A DNA stretch of 64,000 nt from an uncultured delta proteobacterium (GCA_963745835.1 CAVUZH010000004.1:1-64000), one strand, 5' to 3'. Counted from the first letter of the stretch, positions 49,596 to 60,668 are shown. Notes: a model not told the origin generated them from the sequence alone. Program-made: numbers and translations.

Positions 49596-51629
49596 TCAGC
49601 TCCAGTAACGTAACTTGATGATGATGGCGAGCACCACTGCGATGAGAATTCCATAGAGATAACTGTTGATGTTACCGGTTTGAACTCTGCGGAATTTATT
49701 GCCCGCCCAGAAGGTGAAATTAGCAACGGCATTGACCAAAGCATCGACGACATAGTTATCGAATAGCCCGTTCAGCCATGAGACGAAACGAGTCAAGCTC
49801 GCCGTGCCGTTGACGATCCCATCCACCACATACTTATCGAACGCGGAAAAGAGCTGCGCGAGCAGTAAGGTGACGTTGACGAAAACGGCCTGGTAGATTT
49901 CATCCAAGTACCATTTGTTATGGAACAAACGATAAAAGGCTCCACCCGCAAGAGTCGCGAAGCGATCGGGTGAAAGCGCGCCGCGGTAATACATTAGATA
50001 ACCGAGCAATGCTCCGGTAGCAGCAACCGCAATAGAGATCCCCATCAAGCCTAGTTCGAGCGCATGCGAGCCATGATGCTCACCATGCGCAATCACCGGT
50101 TCGAGCCACTCGGCAAATTGGCTGCCGCCAAAAACCGCTGGCAAGCCAATCCAGCCGGCTAACAACGCGCCGCCGGCTAAAATGACCAGTGGCAGGGTCA
50201 TCACCTTGGGCGACTCATGCAGATGTTCCTGGGTGTGATGATCGGCCCGGCACTCGCCGAAGAAGACCATAAAAAGTTGGCGAAACATATAAAAAGCCGT
50301 CATGCCGGCGCCGATGACCGCTAGGGCCCATATCACCGGATGGTGGTTCGAGAAGGCCAGCCAAAGAATTTCGTCTTTAGAGAAAAATCCAGCGGTTCCC
50401 GGCGTCCCCGAGATTGCCAATACCGAAATCAAGAAAGTGAAAAACGTTAGCGGCATGTAATCTTTGAGGCCGCCCATCTTGCGCATGTCTTGTTCGTGAT
50501 GCATGGCGTGAATGACGCTGCCGGCGCCGAGAAACAAACAAGCTTTGAAGAACGCATGAGTCATCAAGTGGAATACCGCGGCGGCATAACCACCGACACC
50601 GATTCCGATGAACATGTAGCCCAGCTGGCTTACCGTCGAATAAGCCAGTACTTTCTTGATGTCGTTTTGGGTCAGTGCAATTGTCGCGGCTAAAAGAGCC
50701 GTCATCACGCCGATTACCGCAATGAGCTGCAAAGTAAACGGCGCCATGGAGAAAAAGACATTCAGCCGGGCAGTCATGTAAACGCCGGCAGTGACCATCG
50801 TGGCGGCATGGATCAAGGCGCTGACTGGAGTTGGCCCGGCCATGGCATCAGGAAGCCAAACGTAAAGAGGTATCTGCGCGGACTTACCTGTTGCTCCGAT
50901 GAATAAGAAGAGGGTTGCGACCGTTGCGACGCTGAAACCCCAGATCGTCTGTCCTTCCAGACTCGATGCCCATCTTGCCATTTCGCGGAAAGTCAGGGTC
51001 CCATGCCCCTGGGCATCGAGAGTCCAGAATAGCAAAAACATTCCGAGGACAAAGCCAAAATCGCCGACCCGGTTGACGATGAACGCCTTATTTCCAGCCC
51101 GGGCATTGGCGTGATCTTGGTACCAAAAACCGATCAATGCATAGGAGCACAAGCCCACGCCCTCCCAACCGACAAACATGAGCAACAAACTGTCGCCAAG
51201 CACCAAAGTCAGCATCGCGGCAGTAAACAGATTCAGATAGGCGAAGAAACGCCAAAACCCTTCATCGTCGTGCATGTAACCGGTGGCGTAGATGTGAATC
51301 AATCCGCCGATGCCGGTCACAATCAGAATCATCACCGCGGAAAGTGGATCCACCAAAAAAGCCATATCCACTTTGAGCGAGCCGAGATCGATCCACCTAT
51401 AAAGATTATCGATTAGAAACCGCTGCTCGGGAGGAAGCGCCTTGAGTTGAAGAAAAGCGATCACCGATAGCGCAAAGGCGATGATCACGGGCGCACAAGC
51501 GATGACCGCGATCGCGCCCTTGCCCATCCGCTTTTGGATCTTGAAGCCCAACAGACCATTGATGATCGCGCCAATCAAAGGCAGGAATATAATCCAACGC
51601 AGGAAATCAGTCTGTATGGGTTGATCCAT
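49596..51629 (-). CDS. nuoL: NADH-quinone oxidoreductase subunit L
   Basis: GWEGVG, KSAQIPLYVWLPDAMAGPTPVSALIHAATMV, HAFFKA. Confidence 0.96.
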   Translation of the reverse strand: MDQPIQTDFLRWIIFLPLIGAIINGLLGFKIQKRMGKGAIAVIACAPVIIAFALSVIAFLQLKALPPEQRFLIDNLYRWIDLGSLKVDMAFLVDPLSAVMILIVTGIGGLIHIYATGYMHDDEGFWRFFAYLNLFTAAMLTLVLGDSLLLMFVGWEGVGLCSYALIGFWYQDHANARAGNKAFIVNRVGDFGFVLGMFLLFWTLDAQGHGTLTFREMARWASSLEGQTIWGFSVATVATLFLFIGATGKSAQIPLYVWLPDAMAGPTPVSALIHAATMVTAGVYMTARLNVFFSMAPFTLQLIAVIGVMTALLAATIALTQNDIKKVLAYSTVSQLGYMFIGIGVGGYAAAVFHLMTHAFFKACLFLGAGSVIHAMHHEQDMRKMGGLKDYMPLTFFTFLISVLAISGTPGTAGFFSKDEILWLAFSNHHPVIWALAVIGAGMTAFYMFRQLFMVFFGECRADHHTQEHLHESPKVMTLPLVILAGGALLAGWIGLPAVFGGSQFAEWLEPVIAHGEHHGSHALELGLMGISIAVAATGALLGYLMYYRGALSPDRFATLAGGAFYRLFHNKWYLDEIYQAVFVNVTLLLAQLFSAFDKYVVDGIVNGTASLTRFVSWLNGLFDNYVVDALVNAVANFTFWAGNKFRRVQTGNINSYLYGILIAVVLAIIIKLRYWS

Positions 51630-51657
51630 GGAGCTCTTCTATCCTACAACATGCACG

Positions 51658-51975
51658 CTATTCTTTGAGAGTTTGCGCGGCTTCGACATCGATCGTGTGG
51701 AAAAGCTGGAAGATCGCCAAGACGATGGCTAAGCCAACCGCCGCTTCGGCCGCGGCAAGCATGATCACGAACATGGCATAGATCTGGCCGTCCAGATTTC
51801 CGCTGCCGAAATGAGAAAAAGCAACGTAGTTGATGTTGGCGCTATTGAGAATCAACTCGACACCCATCAAAACACTGATCGCATTGCGCCGCGTAAGAAC
51901 GCAGAGCAGGCCAAGCGAGAAGAGAACCGCGCCGATGATAAGGTAGGAGGTCAGCTCGTTGGGTGAAAAGACCAT
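51658..51975 (-). CDS. nuoK: NADH-quinone oxidoreductase subunit K
   Basis: RRN..LMGVELILN, AAAEAAVGLAI. Confidence 0.95.
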   Translation of the reverse strand: MVFSPNELTSYLIIGAVLFSLGLLCVLTRRNAISVLMGVELILNSANINYVAFSHFGSGNLDGQIYAMFVIMLAAAEAAVGLAIVLAIFQLFHTIDVEAAQTLKE

Positions 51976-51977
51976 GG

Positions 51978-52478
51978 CTATTCTTTGATCTCCTTGCGGG
52001 AAAGAACCACCGCGCCGATCATCGCGGCGAGCAGCACCAAAGAAGCCAGTTCAAAAGGCAGCAAATAGTTCTCCAGGAACAAGTCACCAATTTTGGCAGT
52101 GGTCGGTTGATGGGCAACTTCCTTTACCCTCACCCAAGGAGTTTCGCGAATGGTTTGGATCAAAATGACCAAGAAGACGCCGACGATCAGCAAACCGGGA
52201 ACTCGACCGGCGGCGCGGTTGGTGATCTCAACGTCGGTAATGCGATGCGTCAGCATCACCGCAAACAGGATGAGGACTAAGATACCGCCGACATAGATAA
52301 GCACCTGCACGCCTGCGACGAAATCGGCGCCAAGAAAAACATACAGGCCGGCAACTCCGGCAAAAGTTCCAAGCAGCGAAAAGGCCGAATAAATAATATT
52401 TCGTGAAAACGCCACCACCGCGGCGGAACCCACGGTAATGATCGCGATCAGATAAAAAACCGCCGTTGAGATATCCAT
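51978..52478 (-). CDS. nuoJ: NADH-quinone oxidoreductase subunit J
   Basis: QVLIYVGGILVL.LFAVML, LPFELAS. Confidence 0.95.
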   Translation of the reverse strand: MDISTAVFYLIAIITVGSAAVVAFSRNIIYSAFSLLGTFAGVAGLYVFLGADFVAGVQVLIYVGGILVLILFAVMLTHRITDVEITNRAAGRVPGLLIVGVFLVILIQTIRETPWVRVKEVAHQPTTAKIGDLFLENYLLPFELASLVLLAAMIGAVVLSRKEIKE

Positions 52479-52591
52479 GCTTGGTTAAATTTTGGAACTG
52501 AAAGGCAGAAGACTTTTGGCTGAAATACAGGAAGATTGATTTGGTATCAAGGGGTATCGGGGAACGACCAGCTTCCGCCCCACGTCAACAA

Positions 52592-53149
52592 CTATTTGTC
52601 ATCTGCCGCAGCTCCGCCATCGGGCGTGGCAAATTCATCTAAATACTTTTGTCCGATGTCCACCTTGACAACCAGCGTAGGATCCGTTTCCCCGCCCTTC
52701 TTGGGTTTGTAAAGCGACGAGGGCTCGGGCGCGAAGTGACGCACCAGTCCGGCGGGATTATAACTGGCTCCTTCGAATTCCTGCGAGTGACGAATCGACC
52801 CGGTGGGACAAACTTCCGAGCACAAACCGCAATACATGCATTTGCAGATGTCGATGTCGAAGTGCGTGAACTGGCGCTGCTTGGTCTCCTTGTTCATGTC
52901 GATGCCGATGGTGATACAAGTGATCGGACAGACGCGCTCGCAAGCCAAGCAGCCGGTGCAAATATCAAGATCGACTTCCAGAATTCCACGGTAACGGAGC
53001 GGCAACGTCTCCTGAATTGGTACCGGGATCTTATCCGGGTACTGGATCGTCATCGGACGTCGCACCAGGTGTGAGAACGTAATTGACAGCCCCTCGAAAA
53101 CCGACTTTACCGTGTCCTTGACGTCCCTTATGTAACTGACAACTCCCAT
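52592..53149 (-). CDS. nuoI: NADH-quinone oxidoreductase subunit I
   Basis: TIQYP and two CxxCxxCxxxCP motifs. Confidence 0.93.
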   Translation of the reverse strand: MGVVSYIRDVKDTVKSVFEGLSITFSHLVRRPMTIQYPDKIPVPIQETLPLRYRGILEVDLDICTGCLACERVCPITCITIGIDMNKETKQRQFTHFDIDICKCMYCGLCSEVCPTGSIRHSQEFEGASYNPAGLVRHFAPEPSSLYKPKKGGETDPTLVVKVDIGQKYLDEFATPDGGAAADDK

Positions 53150-53160
53150 AACCCCCCAAA

Positions 53161-54357
53161 TTAAATGTGCGGCTTGAAATAAAGCTCCGGCTTGGCCTGG
53201 CGGATTTGGAAGCTTACCCGGAGTAAGAAAATGATGATGATTGCAACGCCCAGTCCAAACATGGCAGCGCTGATGATCCGTTGCAGATTAGCAGGCACAA
53301 ACATGAAGGCGACTGTTCCCAACAAGCAGATGAAGGAGAGCGGAACCATGTACTTCCAGCACATCGACATCAATTGATCTACGCGGACCCGCGGTAGGGT
53401 CGCCCGGATCCACATCGCAACAAACACCCAAAGATAAGCCTTCAGAAAAAACGTGGTGAACTGGGCCAGAGCCAACAGGACCGGGCTATTCTCAAAGATT
53501 CCCAGTGGCGGGACCTGCCACCCGCCCAAAAACAAGGTCGTGGCCACTGCGCCGATTACATAAAGGTTGCCCCATTCCGCGAAAAAGAAAAAAAGAAAGC
53601 GCATGCCGCTATATTCGGTGACGTATCCCGCCACCAGTTCCGATTCGGCTTCCGGTATATCGAAGGGGGTGCGGTTTCCTTCAGCTAAAGCCGCAGTGAA
53701 GTAAAGAAAGAATCCAGCGAAAGTAAATGGATTATGAAACAGATACCAGTCCCATGGCGCCCAGCCTTGTCCTTGTATGATACCCTGCATACTCAGAGTG
53801 CCGGCCAAAAAAACGATCATCAGCACCGACAGTCCGGCAGGAATTTCGTAGCTGACAATTTGCGCTGCGGAGCGCATCCCGCCAAGCAGAGACCATTTGT
53901 TATTGGAGGCCCAACCCGCCATCAGAATGCCGACAACCACCAGCGAAGTCACAGCCAAAAGATAGAGAATACCGATGTTTAAATCCGCAACGATGAGTTG
54001 CCCACCGAATGGAATGACCACGAAACTGCAAAGAAATCCCATGAAGACGATGTAAGGCGCAAGCGAAAAAAGCTTCGAGTCGGCCGCTGTCGGAATGATA
54101 TCTTCTTTCAAAAGATTTTTGATGCCGTCGGCCAACCACTGCAATATCCCCTGCGGCCCTACACGGTTGGGCCCGACACGGGACTGCATCCTGGCCCAGA
54201 CTCGCCGTTCCAGCCAGCTGGTCACACCGGCTAGCGGCGCTACGAAAACCGACAAGACTACAAACGCTGCCAGCAGCATGCCGATGGTATAAACCACCTC
54301 TTTGGGGATTCCGGCAAAGGCGCCGTCGCGCATCAATTGGTCAAGGTAAGCTTGCAT
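53161..54357 (-). CDS. nuoH: NADH-quinone oxidoreductase subunit H
   Basis: ERR..ARMQSRVGP, SYE, NRTPFDIPEAESELV.GY.TEYSG, TLPR.R.DQLM. Confidence 0.96.
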   Translation of the reverse strand: MQAYLDQLMRDGAFAGIPKEVVYTIGMLLAAFVVLSVFVAPLAGVTSWLERRVWARMQSRVGPNRVGPQGILQWLADGIKNLLKEDIIPTAADSKLFSLAPYIVFMGFLCSFVVIPFGGQLIVADLNIGILYLLAVTSLVVVGILMAGWASNNKWSLLGGMRSAAQIVSYEIPAGLSVLMIVFLAGTLSMQGIIQGQGWAPWDWYLFHNPFTFAGFFLYFTAALAEGNRTPFDIPEAESELVAGYVTEYSGMRFLFFFFAEWGNLYVIGAVATTLFLGGWQVPPLGIFENSPVLLALAQFTTFFLKAYLWVFVAMWIRATLPRVRVDQLMSMCWKYMVPLSFICLLGTVAFMFVPANLQRIISAAMFGLGVAIIIIFLLRVSFQIRQAKPELYFKPHI

Positions 54358-54374
54358 GATCTTCGAATTTAGAT

Positions 54375-55517
54375 TTACCGGTCAATTTCTGGCGCGTCCA
54401 CGTCAAGACTGCCAATCAAGACGATCAGATCGGCCAACATAATCCCCTTGCTCAATTTATCGATGATACTCATCGCGGTGTAAGAACCGGTCCGAATCCG
54501 CACCCTATAGGGATATTCGCTGCCATCACTGATGACATAAAAGCCCATATCGCCGCGGGGCGCTTCAACGCGCACATAGCACTCGCCCGCCGGTGGTCTA
54601 AATTTTCGCGGCACTTTCGAGATTGCCGGCCCGGGGGGAAGCATCTTCAGACATTGCCGGACGATTTTGCAGCTCTCCTGCAGTTCACGGATACGGACCC
54701 AGTAACGGTCAAAGCTATCCCCCAGGATGCCGATATGACCTGTGCCTACTGGAATATCGAACTCCAGTTCCGGGTAAACGGAATAGGGAATGTCACGCCG
54801 GATGTCCCACTTCAACCCGGAGCCGCGTAGATTCGGACCAACCAGATTGTATTGCAGCGCGTCTTCCTTCGAGACTACGGATACACCGGCCAATCGCTCG
54901 ATAAAGATTTTGTTTTCCGAAAGCAGGCGATTAAACTCTTCGACAATCGGCTCGAAGTGATCGAGAAACGCAGCAATACGCGCGCAGGTTTCCGGTAAAA
55001 TATCGTAACCGACACCGCCGATGCGGATGTAATTGTAGGTAAGCCGAGCGCCGCAGATCTCCTCCATCAAGTTATTGATGGTTTCGCGCTCGCGCAGGGC
55101 GTGAACAAACGGTGTCATCGCGCCGATGTCCTGCCCGAAAGTTCCGACTGAAATCAGATGGCTGGCCAGGCGATTGAGCTCGCAGGCAATCACCCGGCAG
55201 AACTCTCCCCGGCGAGTGACCGGCGTTCCTGAAAGTTTTTCCGCCGCCATGCAGAAAACCTGATTAGCAAACATGGCCGCCAAGTAGTCGGCGCGGTCGG
55301 TATAAGGCACGTAGCCGTGCCAGGTTACCTTCTCGCCTATTTTTTCAATAGAACGATGCAAATAACCCACATCCGGAATCGCTTCACCGATAACTTCGCC
55401 ATCGGTTTTCACGACGAAACGCAAGACCCCATGTGTGCTCGGATGTTGCGGGCCGACGCTGATGGTCATGTCCTCGGTGTAAAATCCGGTATCTTGGTTC
55501 TGAGCAATCTCGTTCAT
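54375..55517 (-). CDS. nuoD: NADH-quinone oxidoreductase subunit D
   Basis: GPQHPSTHGVLR, GYLHR, DRADY, EIDR. No NiFe CxxC motifs. Confidence 0.96.
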   Translation of the reverse strand: MNEIAQNQDTGFYTEDMTISVGPQHPSTHGVLRFVVKTDGEVIGEAIPDVGYLHRSIEKIGEKVTWHGYVPYTDRADYLAAMFANQVFCMAAEKLSGTPVTRRGEFCRVIACELNRLASHLISVGTFGQDIGAMTPFVHALRERETINNLMEEICGARLTYNYIRIGGVGYDILPETCARIAAFLDHFEPIVEEFNRLLSENKIFIERLAGVSVVSKEDALQYNLVGPNLRGSGLKWDIRRDIPYSVYPELEFDIPVGTGHIGILGDSFDRYWVRIRELQESCKIVRQCLKMLPPGPAISKVPRKFRPPAGECYVRVEAPRGDMGFYVISDGSEYPYRVRIRTGSYTAMSIIDKLSKGIMLADLIVLIGSLDVDAPEIDR

Positions 55518-55524
55518 CGAAATC

Positions 55525-56031
55525 CTATCGCAGCAGCTTTTCTACCAAAGGAGCGCGTTGCGTGCTGATGCCGTCGTATTCTTCCTGCTCGATATAGTCC
55601 TTGCGCAGGGGATATCCCTCCCAATCTTCAGGCAAGAGAATCCGGCGCAGATCGCTATGGCCTTCGAAGATAACCCCAAACAGATCGAAAATCTCGCGCT
55701 CGAACCAATTGGCAACCTTCCAAATATTCTCAACAGTCGCGATTTTCGGATTATCTCGAGGCAGGTCGACTTTGAGGATAATTTGGTGCTTGCCGCTGTA
55801 AGAATAAAGATGATAAACGAGCTGGATTTTTTCTTCCTTAGGCCAGTCCACTGCCGTTTGATCCGACAGCACCTCGAACTTCAAGTCGGCATCATCACGT
55901 AGAAAGCGGCAAACCTCGACGATCTCTTCGGCCCCGACGAATAGATAAGGTTCCGGCACATCGCCCTTGAAACCGCTGACTTTTCCCGAAAATTGCTTTT
56001 CGAGTCGCGAAAAAATTTCAGCTGGTTGCAT
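55525..56031 (-). CDS. nuoC: NADH-quinone oxidoreductase subunit C
   Basis: ANWFEREIFDLFG..F.GH.DLRRILLP..GYPLRKDY. Confidence 0.95.
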   Translation of the reverse strand: MQPAEIFSRLEKQFSGKVSGFKGDVPEPYLFVGAEEIVEVCRFLRDDADLKFEVLSDQTAVDWPKEEKIQLVYHLYSYSGKHQIILKVDLPRDNPKIATVENIWKVANWFEREIFDLFGVIFEGHSDLRRILLPEDWEGYPLRKDYIEQEEYDGISTQRAPLVEKLLR

Positions 56032-56033
56032 AC

Positions 56034-56546
56034 TTAGGCCTGAGCCGCAGACTCCGGCTCACTATTTGACTTCACCAGCCAGCGCTCACGCATCATCTTA
56101 TCTTGAATCCGCAACAAACCTTCGGTCAGCGCCTCTGGCCGCGGCGGGCATCCAGGCACATAGACATCGACAGGAACGATCTTATCGACACCCTTGCACA
56201 CCGAGTAGGCCAGCTGGAAAAGGCCGCCACAGTTTGAGCAGCTACCCATCGAAATCACATACTTTGGATCCGGCATCTGATCGTAAAGAAGTTTGGTCCG
56301 CTTGGCCATTTTATAAGTCAGTGTTCCGGCAACGATCATCAGATCGGATTGCCTTGGAGTCGCCCGGGGAACGGCGCCGAACCGATCCAAATCGGCCCTC
56401 GGCCCGCCGGTTTGCATCAATTCGATGGCGCAACACGCTAAGCCGAATAGCATATACCACTGTGAAGATGCCCGCCCCCAGTTAAGTAGGTCATCCACTT
56501 TGGTGGTAAAAACCGTTTCCGGCAGCGAATTAATTAGTGGTTTCAT
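56034..56546 (-). CDS. nuoB: NADH-quinone oxidoreductase subunit B
   Basis: [34 protein letters not shown]. Confidence 0.96.
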   Translation of the reverse strand: MKPLINSLPETVFTTKVDDLLNWGRASSQWYMLFGLACCAIELMQTGGPRADLDRFGAVPRATPRQSDLMIVAGTLTYKMAKRTKLLYDQMPDPKYVISMGSCSNCGGLFQLAYSVCKGVDKIVPVDVYVPGCPPRPEALTEGLLRIQDKMMRERWLVKSNSEPESAAQA

Positions 56547-56567
56547 CGAACCCTCCGAAGATCGGCG

Positions 56568-56954
56568 CTATGCCCTAACCTTCTTGATCCAGTCGAGATC
56601 ACCTTTAACCCACGAATAAATCAGACCCAGGAATAAGATCCCGACAAATATGAATATTTTGATAAACGCGAATAGTCCCTCGCCGCTTTCGATAAGATTC
56701 CGAAAGACCACGGCAACGGGGAAAATAAAGGCAATTTCCACCTCAAAGATAATAAAAATGAGTGCTACGAGATAAAAACGAATATTGAAATTGACCCAAG
56801 CACTTCCCGTGGAGGGCTCGCCACACTCATAGGTCGACAGTTTACGAGCCTGAGGATTTGCCGGCCGAAGCAGACGCCCGATCAACAGGTTCACGCCGAC
56901 GAATCCAAGCCCTAATGCCGTAAACACCAGGACATTAGCAAAATCAAAAAGCAT
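56568..56954 (-). CDS. nuoA: NADH-quinone oxidoreductase subunit A
   Basis: YECG, FYLVAL.FIIFEVE, KG.LDW. Likely start MLFDF at 56954. Confidence 0.95.
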   Translation of the reverse strand: MLFDFANVLVFTALGLGFVGVNLLIGRLLRPANPQARKLSTYECGEPSTGSAWVNFNIRFYLVALIFIIFEVEIAFIFPVAVVFRNLIESGEGLFAFIKIFIFVGILFLGLIYSWVKGDLDWIKKVRA

Positions 56955-57162
56955 TGTAGGTTTCTGCGGTAAATACTTAAAGAAAGGTAACGTTTCCTTA
57001 TAACCATAAAAGCCATTGAGAATCAACCTTCGAGAACGCCGGTTCGGCCTCATGTATTTGCCATTGCTAGCTTTTTTGAATAGAGTCGTGCCGATCTCAA
57101 GCTTAACAGCTTGATACAAACAAACATTCCACCAGCGAAGGCAGACCGCGCCAAGACCTTCC

Positions 57163-58128
57163 ATGAAACCCACCATAAACTGGAACATCAGCGTAATCGT
57201 CCTGCTCGTTTTCCTGATGTTCGGGGCCGGAGAGTCGCGAAGTCAAACTAAACCCACCCCTGTGCGTGTTGCCTATAGCGCGCTATCAGCCGGGATTGGG
57301 GTCCTCTGGCTGACCCACGAGCAAGGGATTTTCCGCAAACATGGCTTGGAATCGAATCTGGTATATATGCGCAGCGGCACTACTGCGGCACAAGCGTTAC
57401 TAGCGGGTGAGATCCAGTTTGGCCATCTTTCACCGGCGCCCATGATGACGGCGTGGGCTCAGGGCGCCGATATCGCTTGGGTGGGAACGACCATCCATCA
57501 AATGGTCTTTACTCTCATCACGGATGCAACCATCACCAAAGCAGCTGATCTCAAGGGAAAGAAACTCGGCATTACTCGCATCGGTTCGGCAAGTGATCTC
57601 GCCTTGCGCACGGCTTTGGAACATCTTGGGCTGGGCATCAAAGATGTTGCCGTGATCTCGATGGGAGGTATCCCGGATATCCTTGCCGGGATGCGAGCCG
57701 GAGCCATAAATGGAGGAATTCTATCCCCGCCCACTTCAACGGCTGCCCGCGAGCTGAGCTATCGCCCGCTTGTTCACATCCCCGATCTGGGCAAGGAATT
57801 TACTTTTTCAGGCATTGCGGCAAAAAGGACGTTTGTTCAAGGCCAGCCCAATATCGTCAGAGGCTTTATGGCAGCGCTTACCGACGGCGCGAAAATCTAC
57901 AAAGAAGACAACCGTGCGGCGGTCAGGGTTTTACGAAAATACCTGCGCGCCGAAGACCGGACACTCGAAGCGGGCTACAAAGAATACGACGCAGCCATTT
58001 CCAGTCCGCCCTATCCGGGTCTTAAAGCGTTGGAAGCTGTGCGCGACAGCTTGGTCGATTCAACGCCGCAACTCAATAAAATTGATTTGAAAATGTTCAT
58101 CGACGATCGTTTCGTAATGCCGCGTTGA
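57163..58128 (+). CDS. ABC transporter substrate-binding protein (NMT1/SsuA-like)
   Basis: Signal peptide, [29 protein letters not shown]. Confidence 0.85.
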   Translation: MKPTINWNISVIVLLVFLMFGAGESRSQTKPTPVRVAYSALSAGIGVLWLTHEQGIFRKHGLESNLVYMRSGTTAAQALLAGEIQFGHLSPAPMMTAWAQGADIAWVGTTIHQMVFTLITDATITKAADLKGKKLGITRIGSASDLALRTALEHLGLGIKDVAVISMGGIPDILAGMRAGAINGGILSPPTSTAARELSYRPLVHIPDLGKEFTFSGIAAKRTFVQGQPNIVRGFMAALTDGAKIYKEDNRAAVRVLRKYLRAEDRTLEAGYKEYDAAISSPPYPGLKALEAVRDSLVDSTPQLNKIDLKMFIDDRFVMPR

Positions 58129-58219
58129 ACAACTGCGCAAGCAAGTCCGGCCAACGGAGAGAATCGGGACCCTTGTATATTTCATTTTGAACCTTTTCTT
58201 GCCGCCTCGGGAGGGCCGC

Positions 58220-59431
58220 ATGAGAATCGAAACAGAACGAAAAATGAAACGCTGGCGCGATCAGCGCTGGATATTGGATCAGGTCATCCAAGCGCGGGGG
58301 ATCGACTGGGACCAGGGACGGACGGGTAAAATTCTACGTAACTGCGGCCCGGGGGTTCAAAGCGATCTTCAAGAAGTTTGCCGAAGAATCCAGAAGTTCG
58401 TTGACATCTCGCGCGAATTCGCGCGCGCCGCAACCCGCCGGGAACAGCAAGCACGTGAAGCCGAAGCCGCAGGACACCTGCCGGAAGCGCGCGAACATTT
58501 CTATATTGCGGCGTGCTTCTACACCAATGCGATGTGGGCGGTGTATGAAGACAGAAATCCCCAGAGGATTAGCTGGCAAGAGAAAAAACGCGCCTGTTAT
58601 GACAAATTCATTCGCTACGCCGGCCGTCCCATCGAGCGGGTAGAACTTCCCTGCCAAGGCAAACTCATCCATGCACTCCTGCACTTGCCTTCCGGCATCA
58701 AAGCTGGCGAGGAAGTGCCGTGCGTCATGTACATCCCAGGAATGGATGGTGTCAAAGAGGACAATCCCGCAACCGGTGATCCATTTCTTGAACGCGGCAT
58801 CGCCGTCTTCGCCATTGATGGCCCGGGTCAGGGCGAGACGCGTGAAGGCGGGCTCACCTGCACTGCATCGAATTACGCCGATGCCGGCAAGCTTGCATGT
58901 GATTACCTGGTCAAAAGACCGGAAATTGACTCCAGCCGGCTTGCGATCCTGGCTTCAAGCATGGGCTCCTACTGGGCGCCGCGAGTGGTGGCCGAAGAAA
59001 AACGTTTCAAGGCCTGCGCGGTGAGCGGCGTTTGCATGGAGCCGGGGCAGTACGCCATTTTCAACATGTCATCACCGACATTTAAGCTTAACTACATGTA
59101 CATGTCCGGATATGACGACGAAGCTGCGTTCGATGAGTTTGCCAAGTCCCTGACTTTGAAAGGCGTTACAGCCAAGATAACTTGCCCATATATGGTCGTT
59201 GCTGGCGAAGACGACGAGCATTGCGATATGAAGTTTGTCTATGAACTCATCGGTGAAATTCCCGCTCCAAAACTTTTATACGTATTCCAAGGAGAGCGGC
59301 ACTCGATCCGCAATCCCCGTGCGCGATCCCTGTTGATCAATTGGCTGGTCGATCGGTTGCTAGATAAACCGTTTAAGTCGGAGAAGATCTTTGTCGATAC
59401 CAGTGGCAAAGAGATCCATTCAGATTGGTAG
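58220..59431 (+). CDS. Alpha/beta hydrolase (FrsA/dihydroxypseudooxynicotine hydrolase-like)
   Basis: PIERVELP, PGMDGVKE, DGPGQGE, ASSMGSY, GEDD, ERH. Confidence 0.8.
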   Translation: MRIETERKMKRWRDQRWILDQVIQARGIDWDQGRTGKILRNCGPGVQSDLQEVCRRIQKFVDISREFARAATRREQQAREAEAAGHLPEAREHFYIAACFYTNAMWAVYEDRNPQRISWQEKKRACYDKFIRYAGRPIERVELPCQGKLIHALLHLPSGIKAGEEVPCVMYIPGMDGVKEDNPATGDPFLERGIAVFAIDGPGQGETREGGLTCTASNYADAGKLACDYLVKRPEIDSSRLAILASSMGSYWAPRVVAEEKRFKACAVSGVCMEPGQYAIFNMSSPTFKLNYMYMSGYDDEAAFDEFAKSLTLKGVTAKITCPYMVVAGEDDEHCDMKFVYELIGEIPAPKLLYVFQGERHSIRNPRARSLLINWLVDRLLDKPFKSEKIFVDTSGKEIHSDW

Positions 59432-59507
59432 CCCGAATCAGTCCTCATGGCCATAAGGAAATCTTCCATACCATTAACACAATGACCGGCTTATCTCAGG
59501 TAAATTG

Positions 59508-60668
59508 ATGCGCATTGCATATGGGGATCTGATCGGCGGGATCAGTGGCGACATGTTCGTCGCCGCGCCCCTGGACCTGGGGCTGTCTTTTGATGTTCTC
59601 AATCGGGAATTGCGAAAAATCCCCACACTGAAATTCGAACTCGATGTTGTAAAGAAAACCGTCCACTCAATCGCTGCGACCGGTTTTCAGGTAAAGCCGC
59701 CGAGCAATGAAGCGCCGCGCTCCTGGAAACAGATTCGCCAGCTCCTGGAGACAAGCGAATTGGCCCAAGAGGTCAAAGAAACCAGCGTCAAGATCTTCCA
59801 CCGTTTGGCCGAGGCCGAGGGAAAAATCCACGGCGTAACTACGGAAGAAGTTCATTTTCATGAAGTCGGCGCAACCGATTCGATCGTCGACATCGTCGCA
59901 GCTGCAGTGGGCTTTCACGAGCTGAAGATCGACGCTGTACATTTTTCCAAAGTACCGCTGGGACGCGGTCTGACGCACAGCGGCCATGGTCCGTTGCCGG
60001 TCCCGGGTCCTGCGACTCTAGAGCTGCTCAAAGGCATTCCGGTTCAGTGGACTGCGCTCGAAGGCGAAACCGTCACTCCCACGGGAGCCGCGATCATGTC
60101 CGTGTTAGGGACCAGCTTTGGCGAACAACCCAGCATGACGGTGGAAAAGATCGGTTACGGCGCCGGACAAAAAGAATGGCCCGATCGTCCGAATCTGTTT
60201 CGGCTTGTCCTCGGCGCCAGCATCGGCTGGCGGCAAGAAGAAATGCTCGTCATCGAAACCAACATCGACGACATGAACCCGCAGTTTTTCGAACATGTCA
60301 TGGATCGGCTATTCGAGGCCGGCGCTCGAGATGTCTTTTTCTCGCCGATTCAAATGAAGAAAAACCGTCCCGCCGTGCTGGTGCGAGTTATCGGTGAGCC
60401 GCGCGATCGGGACAGGCTGGCAAGGATACTATTCGAGGAAACAACCACCATTGGCCTGCGCTATCATTCCGTGGGCCGCATAATCCTCAACAGAACCGAG
60501 GCAACGATCAAAACACGCTTTGGCGATGTGAAGGTAAAAATCTTTCAGGAACCCGGCGGCGAAAGGCGCATCAGCCCTGAATACGACGATTTAAAACGGA
60601 TCGCCATCGAGAAAAAAATCCCGCTCAACGTTCTGCGGGACGAGATCGTCAAAGGCTTCAAGGATTAA
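59508..60668 (+). CDS. larC: Nickel pincer cofactor biosynthesis protein LarC
   Basis: GISGDM, VHFHEVGATDSIVD, PVPGPAT, TPTGAA, ETNIDD, MKKNRP, ETTTIG.R, PEYDD. Confidence 0.92.
   Translation: MRIAYGDLIGGISGDMFVAAPLDLGLSFDVLNRELRKIPTLKFELDVVKKTVHSIAATGFQVKPPSNEAPRSWKQIRQLLETSELAQEVKETSVKIFHRLAEAEGKIHGVTTEEVHFHEVGATDSIVDIVAAAVGFHELKIDAVHFSKVPLGRGLTHSGHGPLPVPGPATLELLKGIPVQWTALEGETVTPTGAAIMSVLGTSFGEQPSMTVEKIGYGAGQKEWPDRPNLFRLVLGASIGWRQEEMLVIETNIDDMNPQFFEHVMDRLFEAGARDVFFSPIQMKKNRPAVLVRVIGEPRDRDRLARILFEETTTIGLRYHSVGRIILNRTEATIKTRFGDVKVKIFQEPGGERRISPEYDDLKRIAIEKKIPLNVLRDEIVKGFKD

Noticed and set aside
54375-56546. Group 4 [NiFe] hydrogenase
   Set aside because: The large subunit lacks both CxxC nickel-binding motifs, and NuoB has the complex I CC motif.
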